Assembly (NCBI GenBank): GCA_934096985.1
Contig: CAKONC010000001.1
Location: 494 to 64,493, forward strand
Source: an uncultured Bacilli bacterium
GTDB taxonomy: Bacteria; Bacillota_I; Bacilli_A; RF39; UBA660
DNA length: 64,000 nt
Reading direction: 5' to 3'
The notes below the pieces were generated by a model. The model ran no database searches. It was given only the letters and a program-made list of their open reading frames with translations, and was not told the origin of the DNA. Made by a program: the position numbers and the translations under genes. This document shows positions 1 through 11,023 of this stretch, in pieces; the stretch's first letter is position 1; the number at the start of each line of letters is the position of its first letter.

Positions 1-1
1 T

Positions 2-643
2 GACAGTAATACAAATATAACCATTAATAAAACTATTTTTAGTAACCTTAAATATAATGAAAATAATATATCTTTTGAAGTTACAAATGGTGATAATAAT
101 GAATTAAATTTATCTGATGAAGGATATTTTTTAAGATTATATGATGATAACAATATAATAAAAACTATTAAAATTAATGGCAAAATTAGTGCTGAAGCAA
201 GTAAATCTTTTGGTTATTTAATTGATGTACAGCCCAAAAGATATAGTATAGTTAAATTAACCGAGAAGGATTATGATTTAATTATGTTAAACGTTGATAG
301 TGAAAATAAATCTAGTTTAACATGTACAAATTCTAATGAGACGATAGTTTATTATTTTCAAGATGATTTACTTTATAAAATCGATGATGTTGTGGTTTAT
401 GAAACATCAAATATTAATTATAGTGAAATGTATAGTAAATATACGTCTTATGTAAATTCGTATAGTGGCAAACCGGGCATTGATGCTTCATTATCAAGTA
501 ATAGTTTGAGGCTTAATTTTACATTTTCTATAGACTATTTGCAATTTTTTCAAAAAATTGATAACATATATTATTATGCAAAGGATACAAGTCCAATTAA
601 AGTTAATTATGAAATGAATGCAATGTTTTTTGATTGCAAATAG
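2..643 (+). CDS. hypothetical protein, 5' end outside window
   Basis: Frame 2 is open from the window edge to TAG 641-643; track ORF 284..643 is only its Met-initiated tail. Asn/Ser-rich, no motif recognised. Confidence 0.5.
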   Translation, partial: DSNTNITINKTIFSNLKYNENNISFEVTNGDNNELNLSDEGYFLRLYDDNNIIKTIKINGKISAEASKSFGYLIDVQPKRYSIVKLTEKDYDLIMLNVDSENKSSLTCTNSNETIVYYFQDDLLYKIDDVVVYETSNINYSEMYSKYTSYVNSYSGKPGIDASLSSNSLRLNFTFSIDYLQFFQKIDNIYYYAKDTSPIKVNYEMNAMFFDCK

Positions 644-651
644 GGAGTTAT

Positions 652-1365
652 ATGAATTTTAACATTAAAGATTTTACAGGACCACTTGATTTATTACTTC
701 ATATGGTAAAAAAGCATGAACTTAATATATATGAAGTAGATTTAAAAGAAATAATAGATGAATATATAGATTTTATAAATACATTAGATAAAAATGATTT
801 AGATAATAAAAGTGAATATTTGGTAATGGCTTCAGAATTAATTCATTTAAAAAGTAAAATCATACTTGGGTTTGATGATGATGAAGATGATAGTAATTAT
901 GAAATAAATAGTGAAGAAGACTTACGAAATAGACTAATTGAATATGAAAAATATCAAACAATAACAAATGATTTTAGAGATTTAGAAAAAAATAGGCAAT
1001 CATATTATACTAAGTTACCGGAAAGCTTAAAAGAATATGCTAAGGAAGATGAAATGCCGTTTGGTTCTTGTAGTCTTGACGATTTAGTTAATGCTATGTT
1101 GGAAATTAGTGAAAGAATTGAGTACAAAAGACCAAAGGTTACTAAAATAACTAGAAAAGAATACAGTGTTAAGGATAAAATATCATATATAAAAAATATT
1201 TTAGGCAAGAAACAAAAGGTTGAATTTACAAAACTTTTTTCTGAGTTTAGCAAAGAAGAAGTTGTTGTAACTTTTTTAAGTGTTTTAGAAATGTGCAAAG
1301 ATAATTTAATTACCTTGTCTCAAAATAGAAACTTTAGTAAAATATATGTAGAGGTAAAAAGATGA
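652..1365 (+). CDS. scpA: segregation and condensation protein A (kleisin)
   Basis: N-terminus MNFNIKDFTGPLDLLLHMVKKHELNIYEV is typical ScpA. AGGGAG RBS precedes ATG 652. Overlaps scpB start. Confidence 0.85.
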   Translation: MNFNIKDFTGPLDLLLHMVKKHELNIYEVDLKEIIDEYIDFINTLDKNDLDNKSEYLVMASELIHLKSKIILGFDDDEDDSNYEINSEEDLRNRLIEYEKYQTITNDFRDLEKNRQSYYTKLPESLKEYAKEDEMPFGSCSLDDLVNAMLEISERIEYKRPKVTKITRKEYSVKDKISYIKNILGKKQKVEFTKLFSEFSKEEVVVTFLSVLEMCKDNLITLSQNRNFSKIYVEVKR

Positions 1366-1925
1366 ATAAATTAGCAATTTTAGAGGGACTTCTTTTTGTC
1401 GTGGGTGATGATGGCATTACGATTGAAGAGATATGTAATGTTATGAATATTAATGAAAAAGAAGCACAAAAATTATTAAAAGAATTACAAACGGAATATG
1501 AAAGTGAAACTAGAGGAATTAGAATTAGTTATTTATCTAATTCTTTTAAACTTACTTCGAAAAAAGAGCATATTGAGTATTATCAAAAATTATTGAAAGA
1601 TAACACTTCTTCAAATATTTTAAGCCAAGCAGCACTTGAAACACTTGCAATTATTGCTTATAATGAACCTATAACAAGAGCTGGTGTGGATAGTTTAAGA
1701 GGAATTTCTTCATCTTTTATGATAAAAAAATTAATGGCTAAAGATTTAATTAAAGTATGTGGAAAAAGTGAGCTTCCTGGACATCCTAATTTATATAGAA
1801 CTACTAGAGAGTTTTTAGACTATTTTGGCCTTGCTTCAATAAATGATTTGCCAGAAATAAAAATTGATAAAGTTGCTGATAATGAAGAAGTAGATTTATA
1901 TAAAAGTAATTATAAAGAAAGCTAA
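1362..1925 (+). CDS. scpB: segregation and condensation protein B
   Basis: LEGLLFVVGDDGITIEE and AALETLAIIAYNEPITRAGVDSLRG motifs; ATGA overlap with scpA. Confidence 0.85.
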   Translation: MNKLAILEGLLFVVGDDGITIEEICNVMNINEKEAQKLLKELQTEYESETRGIRISYLSNSFKLTSKKEHIEYYQKLLKDNTSSNILSQAALETLAIIAYNEPITRAGVDSLRGISSSFMIKKLMAKDLIKVCGKSELPGHPNLYRTTREFLDYFGLASINDLPEIKIDKVADNEEVDLYKSNYKES

Positions 1926-1939
1926 GTGAAGGTGAACTT

Positions 1940-3763
1940 ATGTGTGGAATAGTTGGTTTTATAAATAGTAAGCCAGAAAAAGAAACAATTATTAAAGATA
2001 TGTCAAAGAAAATTGAACATAGAGGTCCTGATGGTGAGGGAATTTATATAGATGATAATTGTGCTTTAGCACATCGAAGACTTGCAATAATTGATTTAAA
2101 TACTGGCAAACAACCGATTTATAACGAAGATGAATCTTTAGTAATTGTTTATAATGGTGAAGTATATAATTTTCAAGAATTACGTGATGCTTTGGAAAAG
2201 AAAAATCATATATTTAAAACAAAAACAGACACAGAAGTTATTATACACGGTTATGAAGAATGGGGCTGTGATGTAACAAAGTATTTAAGAGGTATGTTTA
2301 GTTTTGCAATATGGGATAAAAACAAAAAAGAATTATTTTTAGCACGTGACGGATTTGGTATTAAACCACTTTATTATGGACTTTTTAATGATACATTTAT
2401 GTTTGCTTCAGAGTCTAAAGCTTTCTTGGCTAATCCAGATTTTGATAAGAAACTGAATGAAAGTATTTTATCCGCGTATTTATGTTTTAATTCAGTTCCA
2501 ACAGCAGAAACTTTTTTTAAGGGAGTCTATAAATTAGAACCAGGATCATATTTATTATATAAAGATGGAAAAACAAAAATTAAAAGTTTCTTTAGACTTA
2601 CTTTTGATGAAAAAAATAATTCTATGGAAGATATTACTGAAGATATTTCAAAAGCAATGGAAAATTCAGTTAAATATCACCAAATAAGTGATGTTGAAGT
2701 AGGGTCTTTTTTATCAAGTGGAATAGATTCTTCTTATATCGTTTCTCTTGCAAAACCTGATAAAACATTTACCGTTGGGTATGATAATCCTAAATTTGAT
2801 GAAATTACATATGCCAAAGATTTATCGGATAAATTAAATATTAAAAATTATTCAAAAAAAATAAGCATGGATGAGTATATTGAAGTATTTCCAAAAATAC
2901 AGTATTATATGGATCAACCACTTGCAGATCCATCTGCTATAGCATTATATTTTGTATCTGAAATTGCTTCCAAAAAAGTTAAAGTTGTACTTTCTGGAGA
3001 GGGTGCGGATGAATTATTTGCGGGGTATAATTCATATCAACAAGAACTTTCAATGCATTGGTATATGCGTATTCCATATTTTATAAGACATGGCATAGCC
3101 AGTGTTGCAGGATTATTTCCAGATGCTAAAGGATTTAATTTCCTTTACCGAAGAGGACAAAAATTAGAAAATTATAATATTGGGCTTGGTAGAGTATTTT
3201 GGGATAAAGAGGCAAATCACATTGTTAAATTAAAAGACCAAGTAAAAACTAAAGACATCGTAAAAAATGTTTATAAAGATTATGAAAATAATTCGACTTT
3301 AGTACAAAGACAAGCAATTGATTTTTATTACTGGCTTGTAAATGATTTTTTACATGCTGTAGATAGAAATACAATGATGTTTGGTCTTGAGGCAAGAACA
3401 CCATTTTTAGACAAAAAAGTTTATGATGTAGCAAGAAAATTACCTGATTATGCTAAAATTAGTAAAACTACCACAAAGGTTGCCTTAAGAAAAGCAGCTC
3501 AAAAAGTAATTCCTACTGAAGCTTATAAAAAGAAAAAATTAGGATTTCCAGTACCTTTAAAAGAATGGATTAAAACAGACAAACTTTATAATTTAATAAA
3601 GAAAAAATTTGAAAGTGATGATGCTAAGAAATTTTTTGATACAAAAAGGATATTAAAACTTTTAGATAATCATAAAAATGGTAAAAAAGATAATTATAAA
3701 AAAATATGGACTATATATACTTTTTTAGTTTGGTATGACATATATTTTAATCAATACGATTAG
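1940..3763 (+). CDS. asnB: asparagine synthase (glutamine-hydrolysing)
   Basis: N-terminal MCGI nucleophile, PP-loop-like FLSSGIDSS, 607 aa. Confidence 0.85.
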   Translation: MCGIVGFINSKPEKETIIKDMSKKIEHRGPDGEGIYIDDNCALAHRRLAIIDLNTGKQPIYNEDESLVIVYNGEVYNFQELRDALEKKNHIFKTKTDTEVIIHGYEEWGCDVTKYLRGMFSFAIWDKNKKELFLARDGFGIKPLYYGLFNDTFMFASESKAFLANPDFDKKLNESILSAYLCFNSVPTAETFFKGVYKLEPGSYLLYKDGKTKIKSFFRLTFDEKNNSMEDITEDISKAMENSVKYHQISDVEVGSFLSSGIDSSYIVSLAKPDKTFTVGYDNPKFDEITYAKDLSDKLNIKNYSKKISMDEYIEVFPKIQYYMDQPLADPSAIALYFVSEIASKKVKVVLSGEGADELFAGYNSYQQELSMHWYMRIPYFIRHGIASVAGLFPDAKGFNFLYRRGQKLENYNIGLGRVFWDKEANHIVKLKDQVKTKDIVKNVYKDYENNSTLVQRQAIDFYYWLVNDFLHAVDRNTMMFGLEARTPFLDKKVYDVARKLPDYAKISKTTTKVALRKAAQKVIPTEAYKKKKLGFPVPLKEWIKTDKLYNLIKKKFESDDAKKFFDTKRILKLLDNHKNGKKDNYKKIWTIYTFLVWYDIYFNQYD

Positions 3764-3777
3764 AAAGGAAAATACAA

Positions 3778-5139
3778 ATGATAAATATAAAAACTGATTC
3801 AAGAAAAGTACAAAAAGGGGATACTTTTGTAGCAATAAAGGGCGCTACTGTTGATGGCCATGATTATATTGAAAGTGCTATTAAAAATGGTGCTACGAAA
3901 ATAATTTGTGAACATGGAAATTATGATGTTGACACTTTGATAGTGTCTGATACAAAAGAGTATTTGCAAAACTATATAGTAAGTAATTTTAAAGAAGAAG
4001 TAAATAAACTAGATATAATAGGTATTACGGGTACAAATGGTAAAACTACTACGAGTTATTTAACATATCAAATGCTTAACAAACTTGGTGTAAAAACAGC
4101 ATATATAGGAACAATTGGCTTTTACATTGATGATGATATAAAGGAACTTCCAAATACAACTCCAGAAATACTTGAGGTATATTCAATGCTTATCGAAGCA
4201 CTAGAAAAAGGTTGTAAAGTAGTTGTCATGGAAGTTTCATCCCATGCTCTAGCATTAAAAAGAGTAGAGGGTTTGAATTTTAAAATCGAAGCATTTACAA
4301 ATCTTACTGAGGACCACTTAGATTACCATAAAACCATGGAAAATTACTTAAATGCTAAACTTAAAATATTAGAACAATTAAAAAATGATGGAACTATAAT
4401 TGTAAATAATGATGATGAATATGGTAAATACTTTAAGCAAAAGAATTTTCAAACAATTGGATTTAATGAGTCAAATTATCAGATATTAAATTATGAAAGT
4501 AATACGGATGGTACAAATATTAATTTTCAGTATAACGATAATGTTTATTCTGTTAAAACAAATTTAAGGGGAAGATTTAATGTATATAATTACATGACAA
4601 CTCTTGCAATAGTTAATATATATAAATTTGAGCTTGATGAAATAATATCTATTACAAAAGATATTTATCCTCCGAAAGGAAGATGTGAGCAAGTAACTAT
4701 TCGTGATGCCGCAGCAATAATTGATTATGCACATACGCCAGATGCTGTTGAAAAAATTATAAATTCATTTTTAGAAAATAAAAAAGGAAGAATAATCACT
4801 ATAGTAGGCTGTGGTGGAGATAGGGATCCGATGAAAAGACCTATTATGGGAAAAATAGCCACTGAAAAAAGTGATTACGTAATATTTACAAATGATAATC
4901 CTCGTACTGAAGATCCAAATGCTATTATGAATGATATTATTACTGGCGTATCAAAAAATAATTATGAAGTTATTTTTGATAGAAAAAGTGCAATTAACAA
5001 AGGCCTTAGTTTACTCAAAACAAATGATACATTATTAATTTTAGGCAAAGGTCATGAAGACTACCAAATAATCGGTCATGAGAAGCATCATTTAGATGAT
5101 AAAGAAATTGTATTAGAATATTTAAAAAGCCTAGATTAA
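3778..5139 (+). CDS. murE: UDP-MurNAc-L-Ala-D-Glu:diamino-acid ligase (DNPR motif suggests meso-DAP type)
   Basis: GITGTNGKTTT P-loop; TNDNPRTEDP motif; Mur ligase length. Confidence 0.85.
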   Translation: MINIKTDSRKVQKGDTFVAIKGATVDGHDYIESAIKNGATKIICEHGNYDVDTLIVSDTKEYLQNYIVSNFKEEVNKLDIIGITGTNGKTTTSYLTYQMLNKLGVKTAYIGTIGFYIDDDIKELPNTTPEILEVYSMLIEALEKGCKVVVMEVSSHALALKRVEGLNFKIEAFTNLTEDHLDYHKTMENYLNAKLKILEQLKNDGTIIVNNDDEYGKYFKQKNFQTIGFNESNYQILNYESNTDGTNINFQYNDNVYSVKTNLRGRFNVYNYMTTLAIVNIYKFELDEIISITKDIYPPKGRCEQVTIRDAAAIIDYAHTPDAVEKIINSFLENKKGRIITIVGCGGDRDPMKRPIMGKIATEKSDYVIFTNDNPRTEDPNAIMNDIITGVSKNNYEVIFDRKSAINKGLSLLKTNDTLLILGKGHEDYQIIGHEKHHLDDKEIVLEYLKSLD

Positions 5140-5173
5140 AATATAGGAACATGATATAATATAGTTGTTGTTT

Positions 5174-5261
5174 GCTCGTATGGCGGAATTGGTAGACGCG
5201 ATAGACTCAAAATCTATTTTTCCAAAAGAAAGTATCGGTTCGACCCCGATTACGAGCACCA
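5174..5261 (+). tRNA. tRNA-Leu(CAA), long variable arm, CCA encoded
   Basis: Acceptor GCTCGTA/TACGAGC, anticodon loop CTCAAAA, T-loop GGTTCGA, 88 nt. Confidence 0.85.
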
Positions 5262-5273
5262 ATATGTTATATG

Positions 5274-5299
5274 AAAGGACAACAACATGTCCTTTTTTT
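5274..5299 (+). terminator. rho-independent terminator after tRNA-Leu
   Basis: AAAGGACA...TGTCCTTT hairpin followed by a T-run. Confidence 0.5.
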
Positions 5300-5335
5300 A
5301 AACTGTAAATCATACTGAAATATTGGTGGAGGATT

Positions 5336-6427
5336 ATGGATAAACTTATCAAGAATATTCTTAAGAAAATAGAAAGTGAAGGGTATGAAGCCTACATAGT
5401 AGGTGGTTTTGTCCGTGATTATTTACTTAAAAAAAATTCATTTGATGTTGATATCTGTACTAATGCAAAACCAAAAGATTTAGTTAATTTTTTAAATATT
5501 AAGCAAAGTATAAATAATTATGGTGGTTTTAATATTAAGATTAAAAATTATAATATTGATATTACAACGTATAGAAAAGAAAAAAAATATGATAAACGCC
5601 ATCCCGTAGAAATTGAATATGTGAATAATTTATTCGAAGACATAAAACGTAGAGATTTTACTATTAATTCTATTTGCATGGATAAAAATGATAAATTAAT
5701 AGATTTGTTAAACGGTAGAGATGATATAAAAAATAAAGTAATACGTTCTATAGGCAGCGCTAATGATAAATTTTCTGAGGACCCTTTAAGAATGCTTAGA
5801 GCAATTAGATTTGCTTCAATACTAAATTTTAAAATCGAAGAAAATACTTATGAAGCAATTAAAAGTAATGCACAATTAGTCGTAACATTAAGTCCTTTAC
5901 GTATTAAGGAAGAACTTACGAAGATATTAAGCAATAAAACTTTTTCAAGTGGTTTAAAACTTCTTGATGAAACTAAAATAAGTTCATACATTGGCCTTAA
6001 ATATGATGATGTAGTTTTTACAATGGATATATTGGGAATGTGGTCACAAATTGATATTAAAATGGCTGAATTTACCAAAGAAGAAAAAGAAAATATATCA
6101 AAGGTCAAAGAAATTATTTTATCAAGAAGAATAAATAATTTTACACTGTTTAATTATGGATTATATTTATCATACGTTGCTGGTGAAGTTTTGGGTGTAA
6201 ATAAACAAACAATTAACAAAATGTACAAATCAATGCCTATAAAAAGCATGAAAGATATTGATATAACAGGCAAAGATGTAATGCAAATCTTGAATATTGA
6301 GCCGTGTAAACTTATTAGTGAAATTATGAATGACCTAAAAATTAAAATATTAAAAAATGAACTAAAAAACAAAAAAGGTGAACTGAAAAAATATATTATA
6401 GGGAAGTACAAAAATGAACAAAGATAA
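5336..6427 (+). CDS. cca: CCA-adding tRNA nucleotidyltransferase / poly(A) polymerase family
   Basis: GGFVRDYLL...DVDI class II nucleotidyltransferase head; RRDFTIN motif; GGTGGAGGA RBS. Confidence 0.7.
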   Translation: MDKLIKNILKKIESEGYEAYIVGGFVRDYLLKKNSFDVDICTNAKPKDLVNFLNIKQSINNYGGFNIKIKNYNIDITTYRKEKKYDKRHPVEIEYVNNLFEDIKRRDFTINSICMDKNDKLIDLLNGRDDIKNKVIRSIGSANDKFSEDPLRMLRAIRFASILNFKIEENTYEAIKSNAQLVVTLSPLRIKEELTKILSNKTFSSGLKLLDETKISSYIGLKYDDVVFTMDILGMWSQIDIKMAEFTKEEKENISKVKEIILSRRINNFTLFNYGLYLSYVAGEVLGVNKQTINKMYKSMPIKSMKDIDITGKDVMQILNIEPCKLISEIMNDLKIKILKNELKNKKGELKKYIIGKYKNEQR

Positions 6428-7052
6428 TAAAAAATTTGTAGTTGAAACTTTATTTTTAAAAGAAGCTTTAAAGTATAATTTAACATTAAAAGAATTTTTG
6501 ATTTTAATGTATTTTGATAATGATTACGATTTAGTATTTGATGTAAAAAAAGTATCTAAAGCAATTTGTCTTTCTGAAGAAGAAACACTTAAAGCATTTG
6601 AGAGTTTATTAACAAAAAGATTAATTAAATTAAATTCAGTTAAAAATGAAAATGGAAAATTAATTGACAAAATATCTTTAGATAATTTTTATAATAGTTT
6701 AAAAGAATCAATAAATTTAGAGAATGAAGAAAAAGATGAAAATAGTATTTTTTATAAATTTCAAGAAATATTTGGTAAAAGTTTATCTGGAATGGATTAT
6801 GAAATTATTAATGCTTGGTTATCAAAAGGATTTAGCAAAGAGCTTATTTTAGAGGCTTTAAACGAAGCAATAAAAAATAATGCTCCATCTCTAAGATATA
6901 TTGATAAAATATTATTTGATTGGAATAAAAAAGGCTATAAATCTATAAATGATATAAAAAAATATAATAAATCAGAGGATAATTATTATACTGAAGAACA
7001 AAAGTTTGAAAGTAGTGTATTTGATTATAATTGGTTGGATGATGAAAATTAA
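6414..7052 (+). CDS. dnaD: DnaD-domain replication initiation/membrane attachment protein
   Basis: C-terminal DnaD/DnaB_2-like repeat (FGKSLSGMDYEIINAWL...SLRYIDKILFDWNKKG). Sits upstream of nth as in Bacillus. Confidence 0.65.
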   Translation: MNKDNKKFVVETLFLKEALKYNLTLKEFLILMYFDNDYDLVFDVKKVSKAICLSEEETLKAFESLLTKRLIKLNSVKNENGKLIDKISLDNFYNSLKESINLENEEKDENSIFYKFQEIFGKSLSGMDYEIINAWLSKGFSKELILEALNEAIKNNAPSLRYIDKILFDWNKKGYKSINDIKKYNKSEDNYYTEEQKFESSVFDYNWLDDEN

Positions 7053-7662
7053 TGATTTAAGAAAAAATTTGGATTTTTATATTCCTAATCCTAAATGTGA
7101 ATTAAATTATACTAAAGATTATGAATTATTAATTGCAGTAATGCTATCTGCTCAATGTACTGATAAAAGGGTTAATGAAGTAACTCCGAATCTTTTTAAA
7201 TATACTTTAATGGAAATTGCAAATTTAGATATTAAAGTTTTGGAAAAGCTTATTAGACCATTAGGTTCTTATCATAAAAAATCAGTATTTATAAAAGATG
7301 ATGCTAAAATTCTTTTAGAAAAGTATAATGGCATTGTACCAAATGATCGAAAAAAATTGGAAAGTATGCCTGGTATTGGTAGAAAATGTTCCAATGTAAT
7401 TTTATCAGAACTTTTTAACATACCCACGATTGCTGTGGATACACATGTGGAAAGAGTTTCCAAAAGACTTGGCTTGGTTAGTCAAAAAGATACTGTGTAT
7501 GGCGTAGAACAAAAATTAGTAAAAACTTTTAAGAAAGATGAATATAATAAAATTAATCATCAATTACTTTTATTTGGTAGATACTATTGTAAAGCAAAAA
7601 ATCCATTATGTGATAATTGTAAAATGAATTGTAAATTTAAACAACTAAAAAAAATGCCTTAA
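7039..7662 (+). CDS. nth: endonuclease III
   Basis: HhH-GPD fold (MPGIGRKCSNVIL, VDTHVERV) and C-terminal 4Fe-4S cysteines CKAKNPLCDNCKMNC. Start at ATG 7039/7042 preferred over 7006. Confidence 0.85.
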   Translation: MMKINDLRKNLDFYIPNPKCELNYTKDYELLIAVMLSAQCTDKRVNEVTPNLFKYTLMEIANLDIKVLEKLIRPLGSYHKKSVFIKDDAKILLEKYNGIVPNDRKKLESMPGIGRKCSNVILSELFNIPTIAVDTHVERVSKRLGLVSQKDTVYGVEQKLVKTFKKDEYNKINHQLLLFGRYYCKAKNPLCDNCKMNCKFKQLKKMP

Positions 7663-7676
7663 AGCATTTTTTTTTA
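7648..7676. terminator. bidirectional terminator between convergent nth and ponA
   Basis: A-run, ATGC/GCAT hairpin, T-run, spanning both stop codons. Confidence 0.45.
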
Positions 7677-10226
7677 GTTTAGCCCAGTATCTTTATTATC
7701 ATTTGTTTTATCATCTTCGATAATATTTGGAATATTACTATCTGTATTAGTATTGACAGTAATTATTAGACTATCTGAGGAATTATTCTTAAATATAGAA
7801 TAAGAAGATTTAATAATAAATTTATAAGTTTTGCCTGACTCTATAGTTTGCTTATATGTGGTTCCTTCAGTCCAAGTAAGACTTTTTAATGTACCATCAT
7901 CATTTTGAACATAAACATCATAACCGATTTTACCAATATAAGATTCATTATATTTTATTCTTTCCTCATAATATTTTGTGGCAAATGTACCATAATTATC
8001 ATTGAAATAATTTTGTAAGTAACTACTATTTATTGCGTCGGGAGTGGATATTCCCGTCCAACTAAGAGCCACTTCACTTCCATTATAAATTGCTTTACCA
8101 TTACTTGGAGATGCAAGTTTTGCATATCTATTTGATACTTCTGTAGGCTCTGTACCTTCCTTAAATAATTCTGTAACTTTCATATCCTCTGGAGTATTTT
8201 CTGAAGCAAGCATTAATGGAATTGTATATTTTTCAACCTCAACAGAAATAACACTACTTGGTTTTTTAAATGTTTTATTTGTACTATAAATATTTTTAGA
8301 AAGAGCTTCCATAATCCTACTTCTTGCAGCCCAACCAGTTGTAGTATTCATATAATGTTCTGCACTATGTTCATCGTAACCATACCAAAGTGCTATAGCA
8401 TATTCTGGATTGTACGTAATATTCCATGAATCTGGAATTAAATCTGCTGGTAAGTTTTTAGCCTTTAATGTAGCAGCATCAATATTTGTAGTACCGGTTT
8501 TACCAGCAACTTCAGTACCACTTATTTTTATGTTACCACTCCATGTATCATTAACAGCATTTACAAGTACGTTAGTAATCATGTAGGAAGTTTCTTCACT
8601 TAAAACTTTTTCTTTAGTATATTTATTTTCATATGTTGTACCATCTTCATAAATAACTTTTGTAAATGAATATGGCTCAATATAGTATCCACCACGTCCA
8701 AACACAGCATAAGCAGCACTCATTTCAAGTGGGTTAGTACCATTAAATCCACCGATAGATGCTGACTCATATAAAGTGGAACCATAGTTAATACCAACGC
8801 TATGGACAAAATTTTCTATTAAGGAAATATCTTTAGCTGCAACTTTTTGAAATGCTTGTAAAGCAGTAATATTTCTTGAACCAACTAAAGCTTGCCTTAA
8901 AGAAATCATTCCTTGGTATTTTCTATCTGCATCATTAATTGCTTGACCAGTAGAGTATGAGTAAGGTTCATCGAAGAAATAATCTCCAGGAGAACCATTT
9001 AAGTATTCGATATATGGTGCGTAGTCAAATAGTGGTTTAGCAGTTGAACCTGGTTGACGATTTAATGCAGTTGCACGATTTAATCCTCTTGCTTTATAGT
9101 TTCTTCCACCTGATAAGGCAACAATTGAACCATCTGCTATAGAGGTTATTGCAGTTCCTTCTTGGTCATAATCATTATAGTATTTAAATAATTCACCTTT
9201 TTCAAGTTTTACAAGAACATCTTGAACTTTTAAATCAAAAGTTGTGTAGATTTTCATTGCTTCAACTCTAGGATTCTTTTTAGTTTTTTCTAAAACTTCG
9301 TTAATAACATAGTCAATTATTACTTGATAGTTGTTACTTGACACAACTTCTTCTTTATCAACAATCATACTTTCAATAGGAATAGCAAGTACAGCTTCTT
9401 TTTCTTCTTCAGTAATATACCCATGATTTACCATCAAAGTTAAAACTGTTTTTTGTCTAGCTTTACAGCCTTCTGGATTAGAGTATGGATTATACCAACT
9501 AGGATTTTGATACATTCCAACAAGTAGGGTAGCTTCCGCTAAATTTATATCCCTAACACTTTTTCCAAAGAAATATTGGCTTGCTTGTTCTATACCATAA
9601 ATACCACCAGTATTAATATTTCCAGTAGCATACCATAGAGAATTTGAATAAAATTCTAGTATTTCTTCTTTTGTATATGAACTTTCAATTTTAAATACAG
9701 CCATATATATATCAGTAAATTTACGAATAATACCTTTGATACCTTCAGATTTATCATTGGTATAAGTCTTTTTTACAAGCTGCATTGTGATAGTAGAAGC
9801 ACCACCCGCTTTAGAGGAAACAAGTTGTCCTAAAGAGGCTTTTAAAAATCTTGCTATATCAAGTCCATTATGCTGAAAAAATCTTGAATCTTCGGTAGCA
9901 ATTAATGCATCAATGTATACTTGAGGCAAATCTTTATATTCGACAAGTTCTCGGTTTTCTTGGCCAACTCTTGCAAATTCTACACCATTTTTATCATAAA
10001 TAATAGTGGCTTCTTTTTTGTAAAGTAAATTTTTATCGAAATTCGGAGCACTTATAATAATATATAGAACAAATATTAATACAGCACTTGCACAAAATAT
10101 TAGAAAGCCAAAAATGATTTCCCAAATAAATCCTTTTTTTCCTTTCTTTTTTATTTCTCCATTAATTTTACTTTTCATATTTGTATTAAAACTTTTAAGC
10201 TTTTTTTGAATTTTTAATTTCTTCAT
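7674..10226 (-). CDS. ponA: class A penicillin-binding protein (PBP1A-like transglycosylase/transpeptidase)
   Basis: GT51 motifs EDSRFFQHNG, GASTITMQL; transpeptidase motifs STAKP, SRN, KTGT. Operon with recU as in Bacillus. Confidence 0.85.
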   Translation of the reverse strand: MKKLKIQKKLKSFNTNMKSKINGEIKKKGKKGFIWEIIFGFLIFCASAVLIFVLYIIISAPNFDKNLLYKKEATIIYDKNGVEFARVGQENRELVEYKDLPQVYIDALIATEDSRFFQHNGLDIARFLKASLGQLVSSKAGGASTITMQLVKKTYTNDKSEGIKGIIRKFTDIYMAVFKIESSYTKEEILEFYSNSLWYATGNINTGGIYGIEQASQYFFGKSVRDINLAEATLLVGMYQNPSWYNPYSNPEGCKARQKTVLTLMVNHGYITEEEKEAVLAIPIESMIVDKEEVVSSNNYQVIIDYVINEVLEKTKKNPRVEAMKIYTTFDLKVQDVLVKLEKGELFKYYNDYDQEGTAITSIADGSIVALSGGRNYKARGLNRATALNRQPGSTAKPLFDYAPYIEYLNGSPGDYFFDEPYSYSTGQAINDADRKYQGMISLRQALVGSRNITALQAFQKVAAKDISLIENFVHSVGINYGSTLYESASIGGFNGTNPLEMSAAYAVFGRGGYYIEPYSFTKVIYEDGTTYENKYTKEKVLSEETSYMITNVLVNAVNDTWSGNIKISGTEVAGKTGTTNIDAATLKAKNLPADLIPDSWNITYNPEYAIALWYGYDEHSAEHYMNTTTGWAARSRIMEALSKNIYSTNKTFKKPSSVISVEVEKYTIPLMLASENTPEDMKVTELFKEGTEPTEVSNRYAKLASPSNGKAIYNGSEVALSWTGISTPDAINSSYLQNYFNDNYGTFATKYYEERIKYNESYIGKIGYDVYVQNDDGTLKSLTWTEGTTYKQTIESGKTYKFIIKSSYSIFKNNSSDSLIITVNTNTDSNIPNIIEDDKTNDNKDTGLN

Positions 10227-10774
10227 ATATTCTCCTTTATCATACAGTCAACAGCTTTTATGTAATCAATCCCTTTTAAATAATTATAGTTTAGTTTATA
10301 ACCATTTTCATTTATATAATCATAAGGTATGCTTTTTCTTTCTGCATTATTTATAAATTCGATTATTTTTGCTCCTGGTAATGCAAAAAATTCATTGTTG
10401 ATACCTATTAATAAAAAGCAAATTCCTTTATGATTTAAAATATTTTTCATATGTTTTATTTGATGAACAGCTATATTTGATAATGGTAAATAGTTTTTAT
10501 TTGTATTTTTAGCATCAAATTCAATATAGTATCCTTTATAAAGCCCATTATAATCAAGTGTTGACTCAGTTTTATAAAATGCATCAGTAATTCTTTTCGT
10601 ATTATAATCATATCTTACAACTTGGATTGGTGTAGGCTTTTTATATATAATTGCAATATCATTATCAATATAATAATCATTAATTTGGTTAATTAAACTT
10701 TCTAAATCCATTCCTCTGTTGGCATAGTTTATAGTTTTTTTATAAACCTTATTAATGCTTTTTGGATAATTCAT
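10223..10774 (-). CDS. recU: Holliday junction resolvase RecU
   Basis: 183 aa immediately upstream of and overlapping ponA; RecU-like sequence (GMDLESLIN..., YYIEFDAK). Confidence 0.75.
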   Translation of the reverse strand: MNYPKSINKVYKKTINYANRGMDLESLINQINDYYIDNDIAIIYKKPTPIQVVRYDYNTKRITDAFYKTESTLDYNGLYKGYYIEFDAKNTNKNYLPLSNIAVHQIKHMKNILNHKGICFLLIGINNEFFALPGAKIIEFINNAERKSIPYDYINENGYKLNYNYLKGIDYIKAVDCMIKENI

Positions 10775-10886
10775 TTATATTCACCATTATCAGTATAACA
10801 TATATTTGAAATAAAATAAATGATAGGTTTTGTCGAAACTATTGAAATACTAAAATAGTTTATCATATTATTAAGTAGGTGATAAA

Positions 10887-10982
10887 ATGAATATGGATTA
10901 TTTAATTTCAAAACTACTTGAAGAAACTAATTATGCAAAAATTCTAGTCAGTCTTGATAACCTTACCGATGTTGACAAATAA
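10887..10982 (+). CDS. possible small protein (31 aa), below ORF-track cutoff
   Basis: AGGTGA RBS 6 nt upstream of ATG; MNMDYLISKLLEETNYAKILVSLDNLTDVDK. Confidence 0.25.
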   Translation: MNMDYLISKLLEETNYAKILVSLDNLTDVDK

Positions 10983-11023
10983 GAACAATTTTTGCTATAA
11001 TTTTCTTGTTAGAAGGTGTAAAA

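Noticed and set aside
5131-5352. 73-aa minus-strand ORF.
   Set aside because: It lies antisense across tRNA-Leu and its terminator, so it is an artefact of the AT-rich sequence.
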